Assembly (NCBI RefSeq): GCF_003704095.1 | Contig: NW_020843402.1 | Location: 186,001-250,000, forward strand | From: Pocillopora damicornis | Taxonomy: Eukaryota | Direction of reading: 5' to 3' | Length of the DNA stretch: 64,000 nucleotides | In this document: positions 63,438 to 64,000 of the stretch, piece after piece | How the letters are laid out: each line of letters begins with the position of its first letter | Numbering within the stretch: position 1 is the stretch's first letter | Position numbers and translations under genes: made by a program | Notes under the pieces: generated by a model | What the model was told of the DNA's origin: nothing | The model's database searches: none | Seen by the model: the letters and a program-made list of their open reading frames with translations, nothing else

Positions 63438-64000
63438 TCAACAATTAGTGGTACACTGTTCATTGCTATAGATAGTTGTGAGTGTTTTATTCGCTCGGCT
63501 TTCGCATCTTGCTTTTCCATCCTTGCAAATCAAACGGGGTAATAGTTCTTTGAAGTCTCTTTTTCTAAAAATGTACATAAGGGGATTTAAAAACGAAGTA
63601 ACAAATCGAGAGTAGTAATAAAACACATACAGCACCCATGCTGGTGGATCAAACGTTTGCTGGGCGTTCAGCTCCTGAAAACTCAAAATAAAATATGGCA
63701 GCCAACAGACGGTAAATATGACGAGCATCGCCAGGAAAATGGTGACAGTTTTGCGCTGTGCATAGTTATGCGATTCTTCTTTTCCTTTGGCGGAAAAATG
63801 CTGATCAGAAGGGCTGTGAAATCGCCATATCCGTTTCTCGTGGTACCGAACCGTACTGAAAATGCGAATGTATATATAAGCCATCACCAACAGTGGTATC
63901 ACAAAAAATAGCACAAAAGTAGCGAGGTCATAAGTTTTCTGAAATTTTTCGGCGGTTTCGGCTGCTTCCTCGCTCCGACCTACCCGCCAAGATAGTTGTA
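63438..64000 (-). CDS. Class A GPCR, 3' half (TM5-TM7), nested antisense in a LARS1 intron; 5' end outside window
   Basis: Open frame from the window end: QLSWRVG..FVLFFVIPLLVMAYIY..CWLPYF..RFVTSFLNPLMYIFRKRDFK. Confidence 0.92.
   Translation of the reverse strand, partial: QLSWRVGRSEEAAETAEKFQKTYDLATFVLFFVIPLLVMAYIYIRIFSTVRYHEKRIWRFHSPSDQHFSAKGKEESHNYAQRKTVTIFLAMLVIFTVCWLPYFILSFQELNAQQTFDPPAWVLYVFYYYSRFVTSFLNPLMYIFRKRDFKELLPRLICKDGKARCESRANKTLTTIYSNEQCTTNC

Noticed and set aside
1-64000. CRISPR array, tRNA/rRNA genes, telomerase RNA near RAP1, prokaryotic operon
   Set aside because: I saw no regularly spaced repeat-spacer array, no cloverleaf, no rRNA and no CTAACCCTAA template; the window is spliced eukaryotic DNA.

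Overview
This is eukaryotic, intron-rich, AT-rich animal DNA, most likely a stony coral (inferred from the repeat families and a secreted hyper-acidic protein). It has two assembly gaps (20974-21073, 34465-34520). Spliced genes reconstructed by hand from GT-AG sites and protein motifs, in order: 3' end of HARS (+); a small Cys-rich membrane protein resembling plant TAXIMIN (+); a secreted Glu/Asp-rich protein (-); a class A GPCR (-); a GH18 chitinase with an atypical 6-Cys C-terminal module (-); MSL3 (-) head-to-head with MCTS1 (+); TERF2IP/RAP1 (+) tail-to-tail with DELE1 (-); and NUDCD2 (-) head-to-head with LARS1 (+, runs off the window). LARS1 introns hold a C/D snoRNA guiding 18S rRNA and an antisense GPCR paralog. 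Features absent from the ORF track include a 6-nt LARS1 microexon, a U12-type intron in MCTS1, an ATG-TGA start-stop uORF just upstream of MCTS1, Penelope-like retroelement fragments with minimal hammerhead motifs, and several MITEs and a SINE. Gene and family identities come from recalled motifs, not from database searches.
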